Shown one piece after another: positions 1 to 8,158 of a DNA stretch of 64,000 nt. The translations under genes and the position numbers were made by a program. Source of the stretch: Breznakia pachnodae (lineage in GTDB: Bacteria > Bacillota_I > Bacilli_A > Erysipelotrichales > Erysipelotrichaceae). The stretch spans positions 100,941 to 164,940 of the forward strand of contig NZ_JAUSUR010000007.1 of assembly GCF_030814225.1 (NCBI RefSeq), written 5' to 3'. Each line of letters starts with the position of its first letter. Position 1 is the stretch's first letter. Below the pieces are notes generated by a model. That model was not told the DNA's origin and searched no databases. It worked only from the letters and a program-made list of their open reading frames with translations.

Positions 1-106
1 TTAATTACAATCCTTTTCATTTTATTTACCTCAACTTTTAATTTTTATAATTATACCCCATTCATATTACAATCTCAATGAAAAAGGAGTATAATTACAT
101 TATCCT

Positions 107-192
107 GCAGGGGTGGTGGAATGGCAGACACGCTATCTTCAGGCGGTAGTGAGCATACGCTCGTGAGGGTTCAAATCCCTTTCCCTGCACCA
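107..192 (+). tRNA. tRNA-Leu (anticodon CAG), type II tRNA with long variable arm
   Basis: Cloverleaf read by hand. Acceptor gcagggg/tccctgc, discriminator A and encoded CCA. 3-bp D stem with large D loop. Anticodon stem ctatc/ggtag with loop ttCAGgc. Long variable arm gagc-atac-gctc. T arm gaggg-ttcaaat-ccctt. Confidence 0.8.
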
Positions 193-205
193 TTATTAAA
201 TACAG

Positions 206-235
206 TTACACTCAAAGAGTGTAATTTTTATTTTA
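206..235 (+). terminator. Rho-independent terminator after tRNA-Leu
   Basis: Hairpin ttacactc-aaa-gagtgtaa followed by tttttatttta. Confidence 0.6.
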
Positions 236-311
236 TTACAACCTTACTAGATTGTGATTTCTACAAACATGATATAATATTTTTGTAAGTAAACACTTTA
301 GGAGAAACAAT

Positions 312-968
312 ATGGGACTATTTAATAAAGCTAAGAAAAAGAATGAAGAAATAGAAGAGGAAATCACAGCACCTGGATGGGATGCAATTACCACACGTTT
401 TGAGCAATTGTACCCTGGACAAAGTGATCCAAAGCATTATGCCACACTTATTAAATATCGACTTGGTGGTAATGACCCTCTCGATGGTGTAAGTATCTAT
501 GATGCAGGAGACTTCTGGCATTTTGTTACCTATGGGTTTTCTGATTTGTATGAGAAACATCAGGAAGATGATCCAGAGTGGAGTGGTGCTGGTTTTGAAC
601 TTACGGTAAAGCTTAAGAAATTACCATGGATTGATGAAGATGAAATCAAAAATGTTGTAGGTATTTTACAGTCACTGGCTCGCTATGCATTTTCTTCACA
701 AAGAGGATTCCAACCTTATGAATACATTTGGACAAAACAGACTGATGGGTTTGATGCAAAGGCAAAAAGTAAACTTACTGGATTTGCAACCGCACCTGAT
801 GAAGCAGGTCTGATTGAAACTCCACATGGTAAAGTTGAATTTATATGTGTTGTAGGTTTAAGTGATAAGGAATTACGAAGTATCGTGGATAAAGAATCAA
901 CAACAAAAGAGATATTAGAAAAAATCGGAAATTCATTAACCGATTATGAAAGAGATGAAGTAGTATAA
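312..968 (+). CDS. SUFU (suppressor-of-fused)-like domain protein, predicted immunity-type protein
   Basis: 218-aa ORF with good SD (aggagaaacaatATG). Motifs GWDAIT...LYPGQ...HYATL...GVSIY...HFVTYGF...GFELT are typical of the bacterial SUFU family. Confidence 0.7.
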   Translation: MGLFNKAKKKNEEIEEEITAPGWDAITTRFEQLYPGQSDPKHYATLIKYRLGGNDPLDGVSIYDAGDFWHFVTYGFSDLYEKHQEDDPEWSGAGFELTVKLKKLPWIDEDEIKNVVGILQSLARYAFSSQRGFQPYEYIWTKQTDGFDAKAKSKLTGFATAPDEAGLIETPHGKVEFICVVGLSDKELRSIVDKESTTKEILEKIGNSLTDYERDEVV

Positions 969-979
969 AATGATAAAGT

Positions 980-1008
980 GGAGAAACTTAGCAAGTTTCT
1001 CCTACTTT
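980..1008 (+). terminator. Weak terminator-like hairpin after SUFU gene
   Basis: ggagaaactt-agca-agtttctcc with a weak T tract (tacttt). Confidence 0.35.
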
Positions 1009-1076
1009 AGATGTTAATAATAATTTATATCTGCAACTATATTTCTAAGTGAAAATACGTTATAATAAAAAAGCAC

Positions 1077-1162
1077 GCAGGGATGGTGGAATGGCAGACA
1101 CGCTACCTTGAGGGGGGAGTGAGCGCATGCTCGTGAGGGTTCAAATCCCTTTCCCTGCACCA
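1077..1162 (+). tRNA. tRNA-Leu (anticodon GAG), paralog of 107..192
   Basis: Nearly identical to the first tRNA except the anticodon loop (ttGAGgg) and variable arm (gagc-gcat-gctc). One A.G mismatch in the anticodon stem. CCA is encoded. Confidence 0.7.
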
Positions 1163-1174
1163 ATAGAAAAGACA

Positions 1175-1207
1175 AACGCTCAACATATAGAATTGAGCGT
1201 TTTTATA
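1175..1207 (+). terminator. Rho-independent terminator after second tRNA-Leu
   Basis: aacgctcaa-catatagaa-ttgagcgtt followed by ttttat. Confidence 0.6.
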
Positions 1208-1286
1208 TACTTAAATAAATATGCTATAATCCATTTGAATAATGATAGAACATAAAAATTATATTGTGTTCAGATGGGAGAGAAGA

Positions 1287-1487
1287 ATGTTAGAAAATAA
1301 AAGACTTAGAATATTGTCAGTAATAATGGTAGTGGTATTCTCAATCACCTTTACCTTTGGAGTATTTGGTAACCCCAACTTCAATATCTATGATTTCTGT
1401 ATGAACCTTGCTTCAGAAATTATTGGAATGGTAATTGCATTAATTTTAGTAGATGCCTATGTAAAAGAGAAACAAAAGAAAAGTTAA
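1287..1487 (+). CDS. Small two-TM membrane protein (hypothetical)
   Basis: The ORF track gives 1242..1487. The internal Met at 1287 has an SD (gggagagaagaATG). Hydrophobic segments ILSVIMVVVFSITFTFGVF and IIGMVIALILV. Confidence 0.4.
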   Translation: MLENKRLRILSVIMVVVFSITFTFGVFGNPNFNIYDFCMNLASEIIGMVIALILVDAYVKEKQKKS

Positions 1488-1509
1488 AACTGCGAATGCA
1501 GTTTTTTTC
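1486..1509. terminator. Bidirectional terminator hairpin
   Basis: aaaactgc-gaa-tgcagttttttt. The reverse complement also gives a stem plus T-run, so it serves the convergent genes 1287..1487(+) and 1533..1769(-). Confidence 0.55.
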
Positions 1510-1532
1510 ATATAAAAACACTAATGATAATA

Positions 1533-1769
1533 TTAGTGTCGAATTACATTTTTAAACTTTTCTCTGGCAAATGCTTTCTGTTCATCATCTCTGGCTATGA
1601 ATACTGCTTGCATACCTGAAACATCATCATGATTTACTTTTAACTCTTTGAATAAATTCTGTGCTTTTCTAGTCAAAATCATATCTGCAGTTGTATCTGG
1701 TTCCTCAATCATAAACACTACATTTTCTTCCGATTCTTTCTTTCCGCAAATTATATATAACTCAACCAT
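1533..1769 (-). CDS. Hypothetical 78-aa protein, last gene of a GNAT/ABC operon
   Basis: ORF only. Tightly linked (12-nt gap) to the upstream membrane-protein gene. No family recognised. Confidence 0.45.
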   Translation of the reverse strand: MVELYIICGKKESEENVVFMIEEPDTTADMILTRKAQNLFKELKVNHDDVSGMQAVFIARDDEQKAFAREKFKNVIRH

Positions 1770-1781
1770 TTTCTTTTCCTC

Positions 1782-2693
1782 CTAAGAAACGCTAATTCGT
1801 TTTAACTTTTTATAGTTCACAATACCTAACCATATAAAATAAATACTGGCAATAATGCCAATAAATATTGCTATAATATATTCTTCAAATATAAGTGCCA
1901 TCAACACTGCAAGTGCTGCAATCCCAATTCCTTTTGACATTGTATCCAAATAAGACAAGAGGTACCAAAGAAACGGGTTCTTTAAGTTTGTATTCAAAAC
2001 CATCCGATCAATAAATGAAAGATTCATGGAAGTATTCCAGTTACCATGAGCAACTGCATAAGCAAACTTAATATCTGGCATAATATTATCTAAGACAATA
2101 TCATGCATTACTTTCTTTTTCATCCTTACTCTCGAAGATAAAAGAGTAAGTATCCATACAATCATACACCCAATTATGATAAATAAATACCATTCATTAA
2201 AAATGATATCAAAGTTTTCAGGATAATACACACTTACAAGCATAAATATACTTCCTAATGCTTTTCCTGAATTGATAATATAATTATTTAAATATCCATC
2301 TGGAATAAGAAAATTATACACCAGAAAGATTGTTGCACAAACCATACTGAATGATGCAATATAAACATAATGATACATTGTGTTATGAAAACTAAACAAT
2401 ACAAAAGCGAGAGTTCCATAAAAACAAGTGATAATTATTTTATCCAATACAATAAAAATGATATTTTTTGGATAAATAAAGAAGTTCAGCCAGCCACTTC
2501 GATCATTTTCTAAGAAATGATATATCCCAAACATTATAATGCAATAACCAAGCAAACTATATTTTGCATCAATATTTATAAACCTTAAAATTAATATAAC
2601 ACCTAATAAACCCCATACCCGATAATTTAATATATCTGCTTTAAGTAATTCTTTCATCATGCTTCCTGTAGTTTTGAATTTCTTTTGCATCAC
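1782..2693 (-). CDS. Polytopic membrane protein (~8 TM), putative permease partner of the ABC ATPase
   Basis: Very hydrophobic 303-aa ORF overlapping the 3' end of the ATPase gene. Has a soluble loop RVRMKKKVMHDIVLDNIMPDIK. The true start may be an internal Met. Confidence 0.55.
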   Translation of the reverse strand: MMQKKFKTTGSMMKELLKADILNYRVWGLLGVILILRFINIDAKYSLLGYCIIMFGIYHFLENDRSGWLNFFIYPKNIIFIVLDKIIITCFYGTLAFVLFSFHNTMYHYVYIASFSMVCATIFLVYNFLIPDGYLNNYIINSGKALGSIFMLVSVYYPENFDIIFNEWYLFIIIGCMIVWILTLLSSRVRMKKKVMHDIVLDNIMPDIKFAYAVAHGNWNTSMNLSFIDRMVLNTNLKNPFLWYLLSYLDTMSKGIGIAALAVLMALIFEEYIIAIFIGIIASIYFIWLGIVNYKKLKRISVS

Positions 2694-3309
2694 TACTATC
2701 TAAAGTGACTGTACCATTTTCTAAAATCAAAAGACGGTCTACCACCTTTTCCATAATGGAGAAAGAGTGGGTTGTAATCAAGAAAACTTGATGTTGTTTA
2801 TAGGTATTAATTAACTGAATAATCGTATCAAGGCTCTGATAATCAACAGCAACAAATGGTTCATCCAAGATAACCAAATCTGCTTCCATAAATAATACAC
2901 AAGCGAGTGCTATTTTCTTTTGTTCTCCACTGGAACAATTTGCAACTTTACGATCAAAAAAATCAATTTCCAGAAGTGATAACAGATTGCTTACTTTTGG
3001 GTCATCTAAAGAAAAATTCTGATTACAGAAATTACGATAATAGTATTTTAAATTATCTAGTACATCTAAATTTTTAAATAAGATTGATTCATAAGGCAAA
3101 AATGCAATACTCATATCCTGACGTTTCACTTTCCCTTCAATTGGTTTTAGTAATCCACACAATATATTAAGAAGGGTTGATTTCCCACTTCCATTTCTTC
3201 CATGTAGAAAGATACACTTATCTTCTTCTGTGATCTCTAGTTGAATGTTTTTCAAAAATGGTTCATCTGTATAAGAAAAACTCATGTTCTCCAGTTTAAT
3301 TGATTTCAT
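2641..3309 (-). CDS. ABC transporter ATP-binding protein (short, 222 aa)
   Basis: Walker A GRNGSGKST. Signature variant CSSGEQKK. Walker B LVILDEP. H-loop ITTHS. Confidence 0.8.
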   Translation of the reverse strand: MKSIKLENMSFSYTDEPFLKNIQLEITEEDKCIFLHGRNGSGKSTLLNILCGLLKPIEGKVKRQDMSIAFLPYESILFKNLDVLDNLKYYYRNFCNQNFSLDDPKVSNLLSLLEIDFFDRKVANCSSGEQKKIALACVLFMEADLVILDEPFVAVDYQSLDTIIQLINTYKQHQVFLITTHSFSIMEKVVDRLLILENGTVTLDSSDAKEIQNYRKHDERIT

Positions 3310-3319
3310 TTGTCCTCCC

Positions 3320-3838
3320 CTATAATTCTATTCTATAAATATCTGCTAACTCACCATCGTATTCAAAACTGCGATGATAAACTCCTCCATTTTTTATAAT
3401 TGTTTTAATTGATGCTTCATTTGATTTGGCTACTGATAATAATAATTCTGGCATATTTGCAGCCCTCGCTACATCCAGTAACTGTCTTAACATTTCACTG
3501 GCGTATCCTTTATTTCTTTCACTTGGTCGTACACTATATCCACTGTGACCAAAGTTCTTTAAGAAATCATTTAAGGTATGACGCAAGTCAATCATTCCTA
3601 CAATACAATCATGTTCTCTATCTACTGCAAAAAAGGTATCTGTAACCACCCAATTAGGATCAACAGTTTCAGCATTACTATTTTTATTTACTTTATCTAG
3701 CCACTCATCATAGGAATCAATCTGATCAAACAATTCACTGCCATTAATTACTCGCTCATCATAATCAAAATGTTCCTGACGATAAGCCAATGCTTTCTTT
3801 TTTAATTCTAGTGTTGGTCGAACAAGTTCAAGTTTCAT
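3320..3838 (-). CDS. GNAT family N-acetyltransferase
   Basis: 172 aa with a GNAT core (GMIDLRH...GYSVRPSERNKGYASEMLRQLL). First gene of the operon, 10 nt upstream of the ABC ATPase gene. Confidence 0.7.
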   Translation of the reverse strand: MKLELVRPTLELKKKALAYRQEHFDYDERVINGSELFDQIDSYDEWLDKVNKNSNAETVDPNWVVTDTFFAVDREHDCIVGMIDLRHTLNDFLKNFGHSGYSVRPSERNKGYASEMLRQLLDVARAANMPELLLSVAKSNEASIKTIIKNGGVYHRSFEYDGELADIYRIEL

Positions 3839-4226
3839 AAAACCACCTCATTTATACTATATTTTAGCATCACTTTTTCAAGTTTTCTATAAATTATAAG
3901 TAATTAATTTATAATTATAAAAATTTTATGCATTTTTACGTGTATTAGAGATGACATTCTACCTATTTGTGATATTATATAATTACCACTTGATATAATA
4001 GGAAAGTGGACAACTTCTATAGTAATGAATATTAATTTGTTCCCTTAATTTTTCTCACAAATAGATTTTATATTAAATATTAATATTCAAGTATTCCCTC
4101 AATATAGAAGTTAAAAAAGTCGTTGGTCCCCCTAAGCCAACGGCTTTTTATTTTTCTCGTTTGTCTTAGTAAACATTCTTCTCAACTAGTGCTAAGATAG
4201 ACTCAAGGAGAAAGGATGGATGGGAT

Positions 4227-4559
4227 ATGTTACAGCGCTTTTATACATATGAAGGTGATAATCTTCATGATAAAGTAAAGATTCTTCTAAATAATTTACC
4301 AAACGCAGAACGCAAAATGAACTCTCATTTCGCTTCTGATAACATTTTGATTCATGTTGTTGGAGAACACTTTAACCAAAAACTTATGGAAACCTTGATG
4401 TACACGATCTCCTTTACGATATCCGACAACTTGATCGATATTAACTTAGCAGTCGGTGGAGCAACCAAGAAGGCTTCATCACCTGTCCATCCATGTGAAC
4501 ATCAATTACTTACAGAGATGGAATCAATATTTATGCAAGAAGGATTTACTTATTTATAA
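4227..4559 (+). CDS. Hypothetical protein (110 aa)
   Basis: ORF with an upstream SD (aggagaaaggatggATGggatATG) and a downstream terminator. No family recognised. Confidence 0.45.
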   Translation: MLQRFYTYEGDNLHDKVKILLNNLPNAERKMNSHFASDNILIHVVGEHFNQKLMETLMYTISFTISDNLIDINLAVGGATKKASSPVHPCEHQLLTEMESIFMQEGFTYL

Positions 4560-4567
4560 TAACTCTT

Positions 4568-4592
4568 AGGAAACTATTTTGTTTCCTTTTTG
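4568..4592 (+). terminator. Rho-independent terminator
   Basis: aggaaac-tatttt-gtttcct followed by ttttgtttg. Confidence 0.55.
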
Positions 4593-4629
4593 TTTGTGAT
4601 AAAATGACCTCATTGTTAATGGGGGAACT

Positions 4630-5514
4630 ATGTTAAAATCAAAATATTTCGCACACGTATCAGCTGTGTTTACTGTTATTATATGGGGAACTACTTTTGT
4701 ATCTACAAAAGTACTATTAAATTCATTTACACCAATCGAAATTCTATTCATTCGTTTCTGTATAGGTTTCCTTGCTTTGTTCTTGTTTTATCCAAAACGA
4801 CTACAACCAAAGAATCGCACAGAGAGATTATACTTTATGGGAGCAGGATTAACTGGTGTTACTTTATATTTTCTATTTGAGAATATTGCATTAAACTATT
4901 CACTGGCATCAAACATTGGTGTTATTGTATCAACAGCACCATTCTTTACTGCAATTCTATCTCACTTTCTAATTAAGGACATAAAAATTCATCGCAACTT
5001 TATGATTGGGTTTGTATTTGCAATTATCGGTATTGCCTTAATTAGTTTTCAGGGAAGTGATAGTATTGAAGTGAATCCAATTGGAGATTTCTTAGCTGTT
5101 CTTTCTGCCATGGTCTGGGCTTGTTACTCCATCCTGATGCGAAAGATATCAACCTTTCACTACCCAACTGTTCAATCAACAAGAATCATTTTCTTCTATG
5201 GATTATTATTTATGATTCCTTGTTTATTCTTTATGGATTTCAGTCCAACTCTGGAACAATTTAAGGACCCAGTAAATCTGTTTAATCTTATTTATTTGGG
5301 ACTAGGTGCTTCTGCCATCTGCTTTGTATCATGGAATTATACAATTAAAGTATTAGGTGCTATCCGCTCCAGTGCTTATATTTATTTAGTTCCAGTTGTA
5401 ACTGTTTTATTCTCATGGATCATCTTGGATGAGCCAATCAGTTCCAGTATTCTAATCGGTAGTGCCCTTACCTTATTTGGATTATTTATATCAGAAAGAA
5501 GAAAAACAAATTAA
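4630..5514 (+). CDS. DMT superfamily (EamA-like) transporter
   Basis: 294 aa with 10 predicted TM segments and two EamA-type halves (VIIWGTTFVSTK...; VWACYSILMRK...). Confidence 0.75.
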   Translation: MLKSKYFAHVSAVFTVIIWGTTFVSTKVLLNSFTPIEILFIRFCIGFLALFLFYPKRLQPKNRTERLYFMGAGLTGVTLYFLFENIALNYSLASNIGVIVSTAPFFTAILSHFLIKDIKIHRNFMIGFVFAIIGIALISFQGSDSIEVNPIGDFLAVLSAMVWACYSILMRKISTFHYPTVQSTRIIFFYGLLFMIPCLFFMDFSPTLEQFKDPVNLFNLIYLGLGASAICFVSWNYTIKVLGAIRSSAYIYLVPVVTVLFSWIILDEPISSSILIGSALTLFGLFISERRKTN

Positions 5515-5538
5515 AAAAAGGCAAACGCCTTTTTTTTA
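5514..5538 (+). terminator. Rho-independent terminator after DMT transporter gene
   Basis: aaaaaaggc-aaac-gccttttttt. Confidence 0.65.
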
Positions 5539-5552
5539 AAATATAACAAGTT

Positions 5553-5728
5553 TTATTCTGGTTGTCAGACATGTATCTACATTTTTCATGCAATACACCA
5601 GATAGGGATATTTTATAGTCTTCCCAACTGACCACAACTTTTATTCTAGTTGCCAGACATGCATTTACATTTTTTATGTAACGCACTGGATAGGGATGTT
5701 TTATCGTCTTCCCAATTGACCACAACTT
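5553..5728. repeat. Tandem direct repeat, two units of 88 bp (~86% identical)
   Basis: Unit 1 is 5553..5640 and unit 2 is 5641..5728. Both read ttattctRgttgYcagacatgYatYtacattttt...gatagggatRttttatMgtcttcccaaYtgaccacaactt. The region lies in the convergent gap between the DMT gene and degV. The overlapping ORF 5486..5749(-) is probably spurious. Confidence 0.8.
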
Positions 5729-5913
5729 ATGATGCCTGTTTTCATACATCTTGATATTGCTATCAATAATAACGAAGAATTATTGTATTATTTCACAACA
5801 CATAATCTTCATCGTTATATTATCATTTATAAACATGATTTTCAACTGTGATTCATGCCTAAATAATTCTTTATAATATTAAAAATCCAACGACTTTTGT
5901 AAGTATTGTTTTC

Positions 5914-6786
5914 TTAATACCTCGTTGTTCCCATATAGAATAGTGCAACGGTTCCTGGACCAGAGTGTGCTCCAACAACAGGACCAATTTCTGAGATGAT
6001 GACTTCTTTCACAACTCCCATCTCCATAATCTTATCTCTTAAGAATTCCGCATCACTTAAGCAGTCACCATGAGCAATCATAATCGTTTGATCATTTGAT
6101 GATATTGTTTCTTTTAACTTGTTAGCAATTGTAGTAAGTGATTTCTTTCTACCATGTGCTTTTCCCACATTAATCAGTTTTCCTTCTTCATTTACATGAA
6201 TAATTGGTTTAATACTTAGCGCAGAACCAACAAATGCTGTAGCTGCCGAAATTCTTCCACCTCTTTTTAAATGATGCAAGTCATCCACAACAACCCAGTG
6301 TGCAAAGTTTTGAATATGTTCTTCAATCCATGATTTGTTTTCTTCAATGCTCATACCATTTTCACGGTTTAAGCATGCATAATAAACCATTAATCCTTCT
6401 CCAGCAGATGCTGCTAATGAATCAATAGTAATAATCTTTCTATCCGGAAACTTCTCTTGCAGCGTTTCAAATGCAATCACTGATGAAGAATATGTACTAC
6501 TTAATCCTGAAGAAAAAGCAACGTACAGGATATCATTTCCTGCTTCTAATAATGGTGTAAGAAATGATTCATATGTATATGGTGTAATCTGAGAAGTAGA
6601 AGCCTCTACACCTTCTCTTAACTGATTGTAAAATCCAACTTCATTAAATACTTTGAAATCTGCACTATGAAGGTAATCTTGTTCACCCAAACGAAATTCC
6701 ATCGGAATTACCTTGATGTCATATTTGTTAATTACATCAATCGATAAATCACAGGTACAATCTGTAACAATAATATAGTTATTCAT
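5914..6786 (-). CDS. degV: DegV family fatty-acid-binding protein
   Basis: DegV N-terminus MNNYIIVTDCTCDL. SD gagggagagaacttATG at the Met 7 codons inside the ORF-track start. Confidence 0.8.
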   Translation of the reverse strand: MNNYIIVTDCTCDLSIDVINKYDIKVIPMEFRLGEQDYLHSADFKVFNEVGFYNQLREGVEASTSQITPYTYESFLTPLLEAGNDILYVAFSSGLSSTYSSSVIAFETLQEKFPDRKIITIDSLAASAGEGLMVYYACLNRENGMSIEENKSWIEEHIQNFAHWVVVDDLHHLKRGGRISAATAFVGSALSIKPIIHVNEEGKLINVGKAHGRKKSLTTIANKLKETISSNDQTIMIAHGDCLSDAEFLRDKIMEMGVVKEVIISEIGPVVGAHSGPGTVALFYMGTTRY

Positions 6787-6811
6787 AAGTTCTCTCCCTC
6801 GTTCCATACCT

Positions 6812-6840
6812 ATTATATAGGTTTAGGATAAAACTATCAA
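6812..6840 (-). promoter_or_regulatory. Sigma-A-type promoter for degV
   Basis: On the minus strand: TTGATA, then 17 bp, then TATAAT, located ~25 nt upstream of the degV start. Confidence 0.55.
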
Positions 6841-6849
6841 GATGTCGAT

Positions 6850-7028
6850 GTTTCATCTCACATACTTTCACAAAAATAGACGATAATTAAAAGACTTGAT
6901 TTTTATATTATATAGGTGCAAGGAAGAAACCTTGCATGTATGTTATCCCTATTACATACATTTCTATCCCCTTATAAACACACACAAAATGGAAAAGAAG
7001 TGTCATAATATACACTTCTTTTCTTTTA
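6850..7028. repeat. Dispersed ~180-bp intergenic repeat, copy A
   Basis: About 93% identical to 14549..14728 in the same orientation. A ~90-nt core is 100% identical (ttgatttttatattatataggtgcaaggaagaaaccttgcatgtatgttatccctattacatacatttctatccccttataaacacacacaaa). It ends in a hairpin gaagtgt...acacttc followed by T-rich sequence. Confidence 0.85.
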
Positions 7029-8072
7029 CTTTATATAATGTTTTAACATATCTTTATAGGCTTTAAATGCTGTTGGTATTGCATAACGTTCATCGACATC
7101 AGTGATACTTGCAAGTAGTTCATCATTCACATTTTCTACTTCTATAAGATATCCGTGCATATGCCATTCCACATGAGAGAATATGTGTTTTGATGTTGGC
7201 AGTTTCTCTATTGATTTAATAGTATAAGAATCATTAAATAATTCCTTTAATTGTTTCTTTGTATGATAACCTTCCAAATTAATAAATTCATATAAATCTG
7301 CAAGAAGACCAGTTTGGGGCCGCTTTCTTAAAACTACCTTACCATCATGAACCATTACCACAATGGTTCTTTTTTCTATTCTTCGTTTTAGTTTCTTTTC
7401 TTTGATTGGTAATACATGTTCTTTTCCTGTTTCATACGCCTGGCAATAGGATACAATTGGACAGATATTACAACGTGGTGCAGAATTAGGAACACAGACC
7501 ATCGCACCAATCTCCATCACTGCCTGATTAAATGCATCTGGTCGATCTTTACTTACATACTCTTGAATAATTGTATGAAATTTCTTCTTAGTAGATTCTT
7601 TTCCTATATCATCATAACTGGCCAGTAGTCTTGAAAACACGCGCAGTACATTTCCATCTACAGCAGGAACAACTTCTTTATAAGCAATTGAAGCAATTGC
7701 ACCAGCAGTATAACTGCCAATACCTGGAAGTTCAATTAGTTCCTCATAGGCTGAAGGTAAGAAACCATTATATTTATCCATACATTCAATGGCACACTTC
7801 TTCATATTTCTTACTCGATTATAATAACCAAGACCTTCCCATAGCTTTCTTAACTCATCATCATCAACTTCTGCCAAATCTTTCAGTGTTGGAAGTCGCT
7901 TAATAAACCTTGCAAAGTATGGCTTTACTGCTTCCACTCGTGTCTGCTGCAGCATAATCTCACTCACCCATACATAATATGGAAGTGGTTCACTACGCCA
8001 TGGTAGTACTCGTGCATATTCATCATACCAATTTAGTAAATCGTTTCTAAAGTTTTCTATATTTATTCGCAT
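7026..8072 (-). CDS. mutY: A/G-specific adenine DNA glycosylase MutY
   Basis: HhH-GPD motifs (LQQTRVEAV, GIGSYTAGAI). Fe-S cluster cysteines CVPNSAPRCNICP...C. C-terminal NUDIX-like domain. Confidence 0.85.
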   Translation of the reverse strand: MRINIENFRNDLLNWYDEYARVLPWRSEPLPYYVWVSEIMLQQTRVEAVKPYFARFIKRLPTLKDLAEVDDDELRKLWEGLGYYNRVRNMKKCAIECMDKYNGFLPSAYEELIELPGIGSYTAGAIASIAYKEVVPAVDGNVLRVFSRLLASYDDIGKESTKKKFHTIIQEYVSKDRPDAFNQAVMEIGAMVCVPNSAPRCNICPIVSYCQAYETGKEHVLPIKEKKLKRRIEKRTIVVMVHDGKVVLRKRPQTGLLADLYEFINLEGYHTKKQLKELFNDSYTIKSIEKLPTSKHIFSHVEWHMHGYLIEVENVNDELLASITDVDERYAIPTAFKAYKDMLKHYIK

Positions 8073-8158
8073 AGAGAGATTATAACACAGAATTTCACTC
8101 CACTAAATTAAGATACCTCTTTTCACGTACACATGATATGATATTTACAGGTGATATT

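Noticed and set aside
5486-5749. 87-aa minus-strand ORF covering the tandem 88-bp repeat
   Set aside because: It lies entirely within non-coding repeat DNA, has low-complexity composition and no SD, and extends through the DMT terminator.
5553-7028. Shared 9-mer atagggata between the 88-bp tandem repeat and the 180-bp dispersed repeat
   Set aside because: A single 9-mer match is expected by chance about 0.5 times in a 64-kb window on two strands, so this is not evidence of relatedness.
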